A stretch of DNA of 63,965 nt, the filler included, from Thelocarpon superellum (taxonomy: Eukaryota), in assembly GCA_026025795.1 (NCBI GenBank). It is 4 parts of 4 records of this genome, joined end to end, with 100 filler letters (N's around TTAATTAATTAA, not from the genome) between each part and the next. Parts side by side here need not be neighbours in the genome. Positions count along the whole stretch, not along the records: positions 17,268 to 34,423 come from JAPEUG010000379.1; positions 34,524 to 51,678 come from JAPEUG010000380.1; 2 more parts are not named here. One strand, written 5' to 3'. This document shows positions 24,037 to 35,633 of this stretch, in pieces. Below the pieces are notes generated by a model. It had not been told where the DNA came from. It saw only the letters and a program-made list of their open reading frames with translations, and did not search any database. Numbering within the stretch: the first letter of the stretch is position 1; each line of letters starts with the position of its first letter. Both the position numbers and the translations under genes were made by a program.

Positions 24037-24866
24037 ATGACCCTCCTCGATAACCATCTGGAGCAAATCGCTCTCTCCAGCGCCGCCATCTCGGATCTTC
24101 CGTACGTCGGTCCCAACCTGATGCCGCTCGAATGGTCTGACCGCCCTTCAGGTTCCCCCCGCCCAAGATCTTCACGAACGCCTTGTTGCATCCACACGAC
24201 ATCACCGCCCTGATCCGCGATACCGAGGCGCACGAGCGTGCCCTCTTCTCCGTTCCCTCGCTTCACGTATCTGCGGGGCGCGAGCCGGCTGGAAACGCCA
24301 GTCGTCGCGACACCGTCTTCGATCTCAATGGCGGTGATGCCATCGGGGGCGGCCGTGCCAGTTTGGCGCGACTCCCGCGACGGAAGACGGCGGTCGCGGC
24401 GGTCTTGGGCGGCGACCTGATGAGTCAGATCCGGACGGGAAGCGGGCCGACGGACAGCAAGGAACGTGGCGAGATCAATGTCGAGGTCTTGTTGAAGGGC
24501 GCGGAGAAACTCTGCGCCGTCTACCCCGTTGCCGGCGCGGCGGAGAAGATCACCTCGCTGCGCACGCGTTTTGCCCAACTCCGCTCGTCCATTGCACATC
24601 ATGAAGCCCGCGTGGCCAAACAGTCGGCCCAGCTGGAGCGCAAAAGTCGACCACACGACTTCGGCGAGGAGGAGGAGGAGGAGGAGGAGGAGGAGGAAGA
24701 GGATGATGCCGAGATCCCGGCGGCCGCTGACGATGAGCCCTTGGCTATCACCGAGGAAGACCTCCGGCGTGAAGCGGCCGAGATCAAGGAGCTCGAGAGG
24801 AAGAAACGCACGCTGGAAGATCGCGTGACCGGCATGGAGCGTGATCTAGGGGGCTTGCTACGATGA
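24037..24866 (+). CDS. SPC34: DASH/Dam1 kinetochore complex subunit Spc34; intron ~24102..24151
   Basis: MTLLDNHLEQI...LP|FPRPKIFTNALLHPHDITALIRDTEAHERALF; EVLLKGAEKLCAVYP; C-terminal coiled coil. Confidence 0.9.
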
Positions 24867-25227
24867 CCGCGTTCCTGCTTGACCCATGGAAGATGTTGAG
24901 ACCGGTGACGTGACCGTCGGATCCGCCATCATCGCGGCGTACGGGGAGCGTCAGGCGAATCAGCCCCGCCCGCGGCTCACCATGAAGCCTACGAATGCCG
25001 ATGACGGACGATGAGCAGAACGCGAAGGGATGCCCACGAAGCCACGCTGCCCGGGGAGAGGAGATGCGGAACGAGATGCGAGTCTTGATGCAAAAGGCCT
25101 GTGACCACGCCTACGTGACCCACGGCCTGCAGGATTCTGATGCAATGGTGATACATGTCCCTTCGTGTGAGACCTCCGACGCTCCGGCCACTTCGCCACC
25201 ATGGCTTGGCCAAGGGACCTTTATCCA

Positions 25228-26117
25228 TCACGGAAGCACCTGGCGTCGACGGGGATCATCCAAGTTCTTTCCATGCTTCCCGTATTGTGCCATGAGCTGC
25301 GTGAACTGTCGGACCAGCGCCACGTCGGGCCGCTCCTCACCCTCAAAGACGGTGCTGGCCGCCTCTTCGTTGACCAGCAGGCGGTAGCAGATGCAGCGGG
25401 CGCAGAACAGCTGAATGCGTGACGAGGGCGGGGAGATGGCATAGACCTGGTTCATCATCGCCGTCGTCGGCCAGCTGGCTTGCGCGCGGAAGAAGGCCTC
25501 AAAGGCGCCGGAGATCAGCGTCTCCAGCCGCTGCACCTGCAGGTGCACCGCGATGTGCAGCAGGCCAAAGACGCGCTGGATCTCGGCCATCAGGAACTTG
25601 AGCTTGACCCTCCCCCCCGCGTACATCCAGTCGACGAAGTTGGCAAAGGCGTCGGGGTCGACTTGGGCGAGGACCAGCTCACGCGGCTCCGCGCGACGGT
25701 CCGCCGCCACCTCGTCACGGAAGGTGGCCTGGAGCAGGGGGGAGTGATACTCGAGCACGACCTGATGGAGCGACCAGGTAGTCCGCTCCGGACCGACCGC
25801 ACAAAGGACCATGGCCGACGAGGAATTGCCCAGGAGTCTGCGCACGGGTCTGCTGTCAGTCCTGACCGATCTTCTCCCCGGAGACACGTCCTTCGTTGCA
25901 CGTACTGGCTGATGCTTTGGGATGCGCGATTCGCTTCCTCGGGCCGGGCCTCCGGTGTGGCGAGACAGGGACGCTCAACCGATCCCGACCGCTGTTGCTT
26001 CTGCCGAAGCGGTTCCGGAGACCCGGTGCGGGATCGCTTGGCAGGGCGGGACTGAGGTTCCGTCGAGGGCCGGACAGTGACCGACTCTGACACGCCATCC
26101 TCTACCACATCCTCCAT
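25228..26117 (-). CDS. BTB/POZ-domain protein (one intron)
   Basis: VGPERTTWSLHQVVLEYHSPLL...LAQVDPDAFANFVDWMY...LQVQRLE resembles the fungal BTB pattern; GTACGT donor ~25904. Confidence 0.8.
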
Positions 26118-26733
26118 GTTGCCGGCCGTGGGATGGCGTGGCCGAGGTCCGTGGGGTTTTCAATCACCGTGGTGGGGAACTGGCCGAAGCGGGACGAATC
26201 CCTCGCTCGGCTGGGGTAGCCCAATCGTGAGGACGCTGAGGCTCAGGGGCGAGAGGTTTACCGGCTTGGCCACGCTCCTCCGATGCGTGAATGATTGCGT
26301 GAGGCGTGAAGCAAGATGCGTGAAGCGTGAAGCGTGAAGCCTGATACGTGAATGCCGGATCGTGTTTTCAACCCCAAGCGTCGAGACGCTTGTTTGTTGT
26401 CTTGTCCAGCACCCACCTTTTTTCTAGGACGCGTCAGCGTGTGGGTGAATCGTCTCCTGTCCAACACCGCCCCTCATCCCACCCGTCGAATCCGTCCTCT
26501 TCTTCCACCCAGCTCCATCGTGGACGGCCCTCATCTTCTTCTACCCAACCTCGTCGTGAGAAGGCGCTGATCTCGACCCACTTGCTCCTGCTCGCAGTCA
26601 ACACCGAGCGGGACGATAGGTCTTCTGCCAGTCTTCTCCTCCAAGCCTTCCTCCATCATCCTTGCCCCGTCTTCTCCCACCCCTGCCTCAGCTCTACATC
26701 TCCCCCTTCCATCACCACCTCGCCCATCTCACC

Positions 26734-28894
26734 ATGGCCGGGCACCACGCGGAGCAGACGCCGCCGTTGTCGCCTCGTCCTGACTACGCGCAGTACAGCC
26801 CCGAGTCCATGACCAGCTCCATGGAGTATGATCTGCATCATGCCGAGGACAGCCTGGGTGACGAGGGCCTCGCATTGCCGCGCGTGACCAAGCAGAGCAA
26901 GACGGCGCGCGCAGGTGAGATTGTGCCGATTGAGATTGTGAAGATTGCCTGCATCGGTGCGGGTCACGTCGGTGGTCCCAGCTGCGCGGTCATTGCCTAC
27001 CACAACCCCCACCTGCAAGTCACGGTGATCGACCACGATCGTGCGCGGATCGACGCCTGGAATTCTCCGGCGCTGCCCATCCACGAGCCCGGGCTCGACC
27101 ATCTCGTGCAACTTTGTCGGGATGGCATCATCGGTGGTCAGCGTGACGACGGACCTCCTCTTCGTCGTCGCCCCAACCTCGCCTTCTCCACCGACATGGA
27201 GACGGCGGTGCTCGAGGCCGATCTGATCTTCGTCAGCGTCAACACGCCGCTGAAGGCGACCGGTATCGGCCAGGGCGTCGCCTCGGACCTGGGCAGCCTC
27301 GAAGCTGCAACGCGCACCATCGCCCATGTTGCACGCCAGAACAAGATTGTCGTGGAGAAGTCGACGGTGCCCTGCCGCACGGCGGAAGTGATGAGCAGCA
27401 TTGTAAGTGGCACCGTTCCGCACTCTCCTGGCACTCTCCGTCTCCGCCCGGCCTTGTCGAGCCGCCACTGACCGACGTATACAGCTGGAGGCCAATGCGC
27501 AGCCCGGCGTCCGCTTCGACGTGCTCTCCAACCCCGAATTCCTGGCCGAGGGCACGGCCGTCACGGATCTGTCTCACCCGGATCGCGTGCTCATCGGATC
27601 GCTCCCGACCACCAACGGCTTTCGCGCCGCCGCCGCTCTGGCGTCGGTGTACGGGGCGTGGGTGCCGGCGGACCGGATCATCACCATGAACCTGTGGTCC
27701 TCGGAGCTGTCGAAGCTGGCGGCCAACGCGCTCCTCGCGCAACGCATCAGCAGCATCAACGCGCTCAGCGCGCTCTGCGAGGCCACGGGCGCCGACGTGG
27801 ACGAGGTGGCGTATGCCTGCGGCCTGGATTCGCGCATCGGCTCGCGCATGCTCAAGGCCGGGCCAGGCTTCGGCGGGTCCTGCTTCACCAAGGACGTGCT
27901 GAGCCTGGTGTACCTGGCCGAGTCGAGGCATCTGCCCGAGGTGGCGGCCTACTGGAAGTCCGTGGTGACGATCAACGAGTACCAGAAGTCGCGCTTCGCC
28001 AAACGCATCGTCGAGTGCCTGTTCAACACGGTGCGCAGCAAGACCATCGCCATCCTCGGCTTCGCCTACAAGAAGGACACGGGCGACACGCGCGAATCCG
28101 CCGCCATCGGGCTCGTCTTGGCGCTGGCGGCCGAAGGCGCGCAGATTCGTGTCTACGATCCCGTCGTGCAGGAGGCTCAGATCTGGCAGGCGCTGTGGGA
28201 GCCGGACCAGTCCGACCGCTCCCAGAACCTGTACAAGCTGGTGACGGTCTCGCGTACCCCCTATGAGGCCTGTCACGACGCCGACGCGGTGGTGGTGATG
28301 ACGGAGTGGGATGAGTTCAGCAACAAGATCCGCCAGGCGCAGTCGTCGCCCGCGCTGGCCGGGACCACGCACGACATGGACCCGGACCGCGTGGCCCTGG
28401 CGCAGATGACCACCTCGGCCTCGACGGTGTCCATCAAGTCGCTGAGCGGCAAGCTCGAGAAGGTGCTCAGCAACGGGTCCGACGGGCGCGCCACTCCCAC
28501 CGTGGCCGCCAGCATGCGCGCGCTCTCGTCGTCGACGATGATGATGAGCCCGTCGTCGGCATCGGCCTTGACGTCCACCCCCCATAACAACTCCTCCGCC
28601 ATGGCGCGCATGAACCAGCTTACGCTCACGCCGATGTCCATGTCGACGGCCAGCCCGGCCGGCAAGCCTTCCGTCGCCGCCACCAGCGCCTCTCGGAAGG
28701 CCACCGCCTACCTCAGCGTCGACGGCGACGGCGACGGCCCCGCCCGTCTCGACTGGGAGCGCGTCGCCGCACACCTTAAGAAGCCCAAGTGGGTCTTTGA
28801 CGGCCGCAACATCCTCGACGCCGAGAAGCTGGAGAAGCTCGGTCTCCGCGTCGAACGCATCGGTAAGCCTCGTCCTGCCACTACCAAGCCTTGA
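26734..28894 (+). CDS. UGD1: UDP-glucose 6-dehydrogenase; intron ~27403..27484
   Basis: IACIGAGHVGGP, FVSVNTP, VVEKSTVP, SNPEFLAEG, SSELSKLAANA, GFGGSCF (catalytic Cys), GFAYKKDTGDTRES, FDGRN. Confidence 0.95.
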
Positions 28895-29327
28895 CGCTGC
28901 TCCGCGACGCTGCACTGTGCCGCGCTGCGAGGCGGCTGCACCGTCTCACCGTGTGCGCGGGCCGGAATACGGAGGAGACAGGGGGGTAGGAACGTGATGG
29001 AGTGAGATTGAGATTGAGATTGAGATTGAGACGGACACGATGACTCGGAACTGGACGGGGTAAGATGAGATGAGACGACACTTGCACTTGAACTTTCACA
29101 CTGTCCACTTCTCGTCTCGGAGATGAATGACCCGGATAATGCAAATCAACAACCTTTTAAAAAGCCCCCCGGCGTGTCCACGTCGATTGATTGATCCTTC
29201 GATCGGGGTGGGGTAATATGACCATGTCCCGAGTACCGTATATGAGTCTGTGCATGCCAATAAGTGCGAGGTGCAATGCAAGAACGACCACACGGACGCT
29301 CTCCCATGACACTTGTCACGCCAGCCA

Positions 29328-30590
29328 TCACAGCTCATGCATCGCCAAGTCGCAGCATTCCATCGCCCAAGGGGCGTCCTCGTCTTCGCGATCTGTACAA
29401 GGACATTCCAAGTCCCACGACCTCAAGCCGCCACCGCCAACCTGGCTCGGAGAAAGATCCCGCCGGCGACCGTTGCCCCCTCCTTTTCTCCTCTTCCTGC
29501 CGCGGCCCGTCGGCACACCGCCGCATGTGCCAATCGGTCTGGTCCGGCGGCCCGTGGATGGATCGACGGTCTGGCGCGCTCGGCCCGTGGCGGGATCAAT
29601 CTCCCGTCTGCAGCGGCAGGATCGCCGGAGCGAAGGTGCCGTCGCTGAAGATGATGACGACGACGCCGCCATCTCGGCGCGATGGCATGCGCCGTTCGTG
29701 ACGCATGGTATGGCATTCACGGGGCACTGGCCCTGGCTCTGGCCCTGCCCTGCTTGCGCCGCGGGCAGAGTTGGTCCCACGGCCACGGTGCCCATGTTGA
29801 CGAAGCCGGCTTGGCCGGCCTGGCCCGTTGGGTTCGCGTGGTTTGAACATGTTCCCGTCCCTTCGGCTGCGGCGTTGGCGGCCGGATTGGCGCTGTGTTC
29901 GTTGCCTGGCTGCTCGACGCTACAGACGCGATGCATTTCCGTGTCCTGGGGAGGATAGGGTCAGCGGCGGGCCTGTGGGGACGGTCTGGCTCGGCATACC
30001 ATGGCTTCAGTCTGGCTCAGGGTCTCCGGCCTGCTGCTCCTGCCCTGCCCTCGGGCCCCTGCACCCGCCGGATTCCAGGTGAGACCAAGATCCTGCTGAA
30101 ATTGTTGCCACCGCACTCTTGCTTCGTAGGCCTTCCTTTCTGCTTCATATTTCTCCTGATCCCACATACATTCGCACCGCGGACACGGCAAGGACGCCGC
30201 GCACGTGCGATGGGCCATCCACAGGTCCATGACGTTGGGAGGCACCTGAGCCTGATTGAACTTCAGCGTGGGAAGATAGGGGAGACAGAGTCCTCCGGGA
30301 CCGAAAGGCGCCGCGTTCCCAAGACTGGTGGGTGGCGTGAGGCAATACTTCGCCAGATCGCCCTTGTACCAGGCGAGATCTGTGCCGGGTGGAAAGTCAT
30401 CCGGATTGGACGACAGCTGAGCCGCACAGAAGAGATAGCTCTGCGGCATGTTGAATCGCGGGTGGATCTCGGTTGTGTGGGACGAGGACGAGGACGAGGA
30501 CGAGGAGGAGCTGCCCGGTCCTACCTCAGAACCCTCCGCCAGGCTTGCCAGGCCTGTCAGGGAGAGCAGGCCCAGCAGCAGCAGAGCCAT
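29328..30590 (-). CDS. Orphan secreted Cys-rich protein (~402 aa); join(30590..30000,29945..29328)
   Basis: Signal peptide MALLLLGLLSLTGLASLA. A phase-0 intron (GTATGC, GCTGAC, CAG) joins two ORFs in frame. Many Cys in both halves. Confidence 0.7.
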
Positions 30591-31783
30591 GACGTTCGGT
30601 GCGACCAGGGTGGTCTGCCTGCTCACCGATCATCACGCTCACGGGATCACGGGCAGCGCTGGGATGCTTGCGAAGATGCGGCGGACTTGCCCGCCACTTT
30701 ATGTCAATCATGCCCCTTCTATGCTACTCGAAAACGCACAGCCGGGACATGAGAAACGGGGCGCGTCGTCGTCGCGACCGATGTTAGTGCAGGCGGCGCC
30801 GCAATGGTCGGCCCGGGCCATCGTCATGGGAGCGGTGCCAATCACTAGCGGCTATGTCACGCGACAAGATCCTTTGATCATGGCAGGAAGGAGCCATCGC
30901 TTCCCTCCTGCGTGAGAGGCGTGATTCTTGTTCCTAGAAGTAGGATAGCTTTGTTGGATCATTAATCATCGCGCTGTGGACGATGGCCCGAGGATCGAGC
31001 CATGACACCTGGCGTGGGCCAAACGAATGGAACGGCCTTGTGTCACGCCCTTAATTGGCCAGGCATTGCTTCTCATGGGATCCAAAAGACCCCGGGAGGA
31101 TCGTTTGGCTACTGATACGCGGTTGGTGCGAGGAGTGCTTTTCCTGGTCGCATCCTGCGTTACAAAGGGCGCGGGTGTGCGGCCTGCGTCGTGGGCGCCA
31201 ATCCACGCAGGTTAGGCGAGGTTTCGGAAGCGCCCTCGTCAAGGATCGCAGTCCTTCCCTGTCGCCCGGCACTCATACTTCAAAGTTGCGTCTGGCGTTA
31301 AGCAAGGAACCATCATGGCACATGCCATTCCCTGGAAACCCCACCAAGGCCATGAAGGCGAGGGCCAATGCCATTGCTCCAGGCCCAGGCGAGCCGTCCT
31401 CGCCCTGTGGTACTAGTGGGAGGGGTACAAGGGCGTCGTCATGCCGATTGATCCCATACTTTGAGAGAAACGATGCCGGTCGCCGCTCGATTCCCACTGA
31501 AGGAGCTCGACGTTCTGACTCGCACTCGCACGACGTCTTCGTGCCCTTGGCATACAACATGTGGTAGAATGTGGGATCATGAGTCATGTCTTCGATTGCT
31601 GAATGACATCGTCGCAACGCCAACGCTTTGCGATCATAAAGTCCATGAGACCCATGACGGAAGCTGTGCCCGTCAGTACGATGCTGGGAGCGGGGCGTGG
31701 AAGTGGGGTAGATATATTAGCCACAGCCAACGTTTGTCCATGTCAGCCGACGTGCCATGAACGCCGGTGCCGCGTGGAGCAAG

Positions 31784-32990
31784 ATGGCCACACACACCAA
31801 GCGAAGGACCGTCGAGGGCTAGACGGGCTTTGAGAGCCTCCAGTTCAACGAGGCGGCTCCCGCTCCTACGCTCAGAGACCACGACATACTTGTTCGACTC
31901 CCCGCCGCCTCGTTGAACTATCGAGATCTGATCTTGCCGCTGGTACGAGCGGACATACTGCCCACGCGATATGTCCCAACCACCGTTGGGCTCACCTCCC
32001 TCCCCAGGGTTAACACGGCTTGCCCAGTCGCCCGGGTGTGGTGCCCGGGTCTGCTGGTGCGGGCACCGTCGAGGCCGTCGGCTCGAGCGTAATCCGTTTT
32101 CAGGTGGGAGACAATGTGGTGACCCTGTTCCACCAGGGCCATCTCGCCAGCTCCCTTACCGAGCCCATCCGGCACACGGCCTTGGGCGGGTCGGTCGAGG
32201 GAACCCTTCGACAGCATGCTGTCTCCAGCGAAGAGGGCCTGGTCGCCATGCCGGGCACGCTCACCTTTCTCAAGGCAAGCACCCTGAGCTGCGCCGCCGT
32301 GACGGCATGGAGTGCGCTGTATGGCGGGAAGCCGCTTCTTCCGGGTCATTACGTCCTGCCACACGGGACCGGAGGGGTGAGCATCATTGCCCCTCAAATA
32401 CGTAACCTACACGGTCCGCTGAGGTTCGGTGCTGATGCTGGTCATAGCTGGCCTTGGCTGCCGGGGCACGGGTCATCGCCACCACGTCCTCGGATGACAA
32501 GGCGGAGCGGCTGAAGAAACTGGGCGTAGAGACAGTCATCAACTACGCACAGGATCCGGCCTGGGGCGAGACAGCCAAGTCCTTCACACCCGGCAATCGA
32601 GGCTTTCAGCACATCATCGAGGTGGGCGGCGGCGGCACCATGGCCCAGTCGCTCAAGGCGGTCGCTATCGATGGTGCTATCAGTATCGTTGGATTTCTCA
32701 CTGGCGATGTCAAGCAGTAGCCCACGTTCACCGAGACCTTGTACACCCTCTCCACTGTGCGAGGATTGTCCGTGGGGAGTCGATTGGAATTTGAACAATT
32801 GAATCGGGCCATCGATGCCAACGGGATCAAGCCTGTCGTGGATCCCAGGGTCTTTCGACTGGAGGAGCGCAAAGAGGCCTACCAGTACATGGTGAGATGC
32901 CATTGCGACTCGTGGTGCCGCGACGTCAGACTGACACGTCACAGTGGGACCAAAGGCATTTCGGCAAGGGGTGCATCCAAGTTGATTTGT
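31784..32990 (+). pseudogene. MDR (zinc-type alcohol dehydrogenase-like / quinone reductase) pseudogene
   Basis: AASLNYRDL, VVPGSAGAG, TLSCAAVTAW, GTGGVS, VIATTSSDDK, IEVGG, HFGK. In-frame stops at 31820 (TAG), 32011 (TAA) and 32718 (TAG). Intron donor at 32398 reads ATACGT. Confidence 0.88.
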
Positions 32991-33093
32991 CTGTCGTCCG
33001 TTACTTGACAGGGTTGAAGACGAGAGTGTATGCCAGTCACCTTGCTCGAGCTGATCTGCTACGTGTTGTGCATCCATTGCCGAGCTTCTTATC

Positions 33094-33315
33094 TTGTAGT
33101 CTGTGGTCTGTAGTCTGTGGTCTGTAGTCTGTGGTCTGTAGCCCGTAGCCCGTAGCCCGTAGCCTGTAGCCTGTAGCCTGTAGCCTGCGGCCTGTAGCCC
33201 GTAGCCCGTACCCTGTAGCCTGTAGCCTGTAGCCTGCGGCCTGTAGCCCGTAGCCCGTACCCTGTAGCCTGTAGCCTGTAGCCTGTAGTCTGTAGTCTGT
33301 AGCCTGTAGTCTGTA
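33094..33315. repeat. 7-bp tandem repeat array (CTGTAGC / CCGTAGC / CTGTGGT variants, ~31 units)
   Basis: Directly visible, with a higher-order duplication of a variant block. Confidence 0.95.
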
Positions 33316-33756
33316 ATCGAATACGGTACGAGGACAAGCACGAAACATCGGGCGCGAGGGAGAGCTAAGGACATTCACGGCCGCTAACGGTCCTCGCACG
33401 CGCAATCAACAGTGGACGCTAGATCATATCAAGACTAGTGGCGTATTCATCGAATTGAAACAGTGCGCGGTGATCGACGTCGGTGGGATAAAGCTGCGGA
33501 GGTCATCTCTCGTCCTCTTCACAGGTCGCCTCGACGTGAAGCTGGCCGGAGGGAGCGAAGGGTACCACTTCCCGTCGATTGGTCGATGATGGTCTTCGTC
33601 ACTCGCACTACTCCCGAGCCCCGCTCTATTGACCGGCACCGGCCCTGATCGTCTAACCTCCTACCCCAATCCTCGTCCGCCCTCTGCTCCTTCCCGCGGG
33701 CTCAGGTCGCACCTACCTCACGTAGGCACGACCAGCGTGCTTCCCTTTCGTCCGTC

Positions 33757-34423
33757 ATGAATCCGGCCAATCCGCCACGAAATGCCTCGGCTGCCACGGC
33801 CGGAGCCCCAGGCCAGGCCCAGGGCCAGGGCCAACCAGGCAATCCGCAGTACATCCGGCCAGAGATGGTTCGCAACCTCCCTCATCTCGATGCCACCCAG
33901 AAGCTGGCCTACGAAAAAGGCATTCGCGCCCTGTATAACGCCATGCAAGCGAATCGACCCGACACCCCGGAGCACCAACAGGCGCAGAACAAGCTGTTGG
34001 AGATCTCACACAACATCCGCAACAGTCTCAATCGGTGGAAGCAGCAGCAACAGGTGCTCCAGCAGCAGAGGGCGCAGCAGCAACAGGCGCAACAGGCGCA
34101 ACAGGCGCAGCAGGGACAGCAAGTCCAGCAGCCCGCACCGCCAGCCCTACAAGCTCAGCAAGCCCAAGCAGCCCAGCAACAGGCCGGACTACCTCAACAG
34201 GCGCCCGTCAAGGGACCGATGCAGGCCGGTCAGGCCGGATCGCAGGGCGCACCAGGTCAAGCTGGATCCAACTGGACGCCCGACATCTTAAACCACCTGC
34301 AGAACTTTCCCTTCACGGCGCCGCCCACCCTGCCGGCCGGAAGTGCCGAGAGCGAGAAATGGGTGGCGGACGCCAAGCAACGGTATGGCAACGCGTTGCA
34401 TCTTCTGGAACAGGCCAAGAACC
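33757..34423 (+). CDS. TAF12: N-terminal part of TFIID/SAGA subunit Taf12 (3'-truncated at contig end)
   Basis: YIRPEMVRNLPHL...QK...EHQQAQNKLLEIS plus a poly-Q region resembles the Pezizomycotina Taf12 N-terminus; the histone fold is not in the window. Confidence 0.7.
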
Positions 34424-34523
34424 NNNNNNNNNNNNNNNNNNNNNNNNNNNNNNNNNNNNNNNNNNNNTTAATTAATTAANNNNNNNNNNNNNNNNNNNNN
34501 NNNNNNNNNNNNNNNNNNNNNNN
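34424..34523. other. Artificial contig linker
   Basis: 44N-TTAATTAATTAA-44N. Confidence 0.98.
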
Positions 34524-34639
34524 CATGGATTGCTTTTGCAGCATCCAAGGTAGGAGGGGTTCTGGTCCGCGCAGGAATACCAGAGGCTGCTGTTTGGACA
34601 GGCCGCAACAGTATCCTGTCGTCGATCCACGCCTGGCAT
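34524..34639 (-). CDS. 5' fragment of a gene with a fungal Cys motif (C-P-x4-WYxC-x6-YLGCC-x3-PC), cut by the contig edge
   Basis: ATG 34639 reads MPGVDRRQDTVAACPNSSLWYSCADQNPSYLGCCKSNPC; not in the ORF track. Confidence 0.55.
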
Positions 34640-35633
34640 CCTGGCAGGATCACAATCGCCGCAACGAGATCAAGAGACGTAGCGTCGCTACACTTTCAGA
34701 ATGACAGGAAGAGCAGTATCGCAGCAGCTTGGGACAGCCAAGACCACCCGGTTGAAATGGCTCTGGAGCCGCCGTAGCGTCTACGACGGACGTAGATGAA
34801 GAGGACGGCCCCCACATTGCATCTGAACAAGGCCGCGCCGCAGGAAGGGTACCGAGGGCGCGACCGAGAGTATGGGTGGGGGAGTTTGAGGCGCCGCCGC
34901 CGCAGCGTCACTCTTGTGGACAGTCCGCTTCTGGCGGAAAATGGAGAGGTTGCCGCTGGGGCTAAGGTGTGATGGTGCATGGCGATGGGTGGGAGGGGGA
35001 GGGGGGTGTGGCACAGCCGCTGCCGAGATCAGCCAGGGATTCGATTACCACCCCGGTGACCAGGGAGATGTGAGAGGCTGAAAGGCATCTATCACAGACG
35101 AGATAGGCTTGTGTGTTTGAGAGACACAAGTCATTCATGACAAGCACACCGGCCACAGACGAGCGGTAGGCTGAAACGGACGCTACCTCCGGCCTCGAGG
35201 CTCCATCATGTTTCCGTCGTTGATCTTCTTTGATCCTCCCTGGCGGCAGGATTCGGCTACGCTTGTGCGTGGCTGAGACGGGCCGGCCAGAGCTCCTTTC
35301 GCCGGCCATCTTTCTCTCCGTCAACAAAGCTGGCTGGGCCGGAGTGTTTCATTGCCGTACTTGGTACATTTTTTCCTTGTTGTCTCGAGGGTGGCAAGAG
35401 AGAGAGGGAGAGAGGGGGGGGAGAGAGATGGGCACGTGTGCGAGGATCGGGGGGCGGGCGCTCATGTTGGGCCGGGCCGAGCGCGGTGATGAAGGAGATG
35501 TGATCATCCGGCTGAATCTAGCTAGCTAACCATGCGCGCCTCGACCTCGTGCTCCCCCAGCTCCCCGCCGCCGTGTCGGGTACGTACATTTACTGATGAG
35601 TGGTCCACGCATGTTCGAAGTTCCAAACGCAAG

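Noticed and set aside
27239..28915. 558-aa minus-strand ORF, and similar long ORFs at 8256-9437 and 21169-22539
   Set aside because: Antisense shadows of UGD1, EDC3 and RPN3 caused by GC-rich codon bias; no independent protein motifs
31055..31270. LIRGWCEECFSWSHP peptide reminiscent of the segment preceding fungal HET domains
   Set aside because: No following PTRL or YxALSYxWG motifs in any frame I could read
32442..33405. ORFs with LQATGYR repeats
   Set aside because: Translations of the 7-bp minisatellite plus the antisense strand of the MDR pseudogene
17274..34423. Possible biosynthetic gene cluster (prenyl synthase + UDP-glucose dehydrogenase + dehydrogenase)
   Set aside because: The prenyl synthase is housekeeping COQ1, it is interspersed with RPN3, SPC34 and AVO2, and the dehydrogenase is a pseudogene
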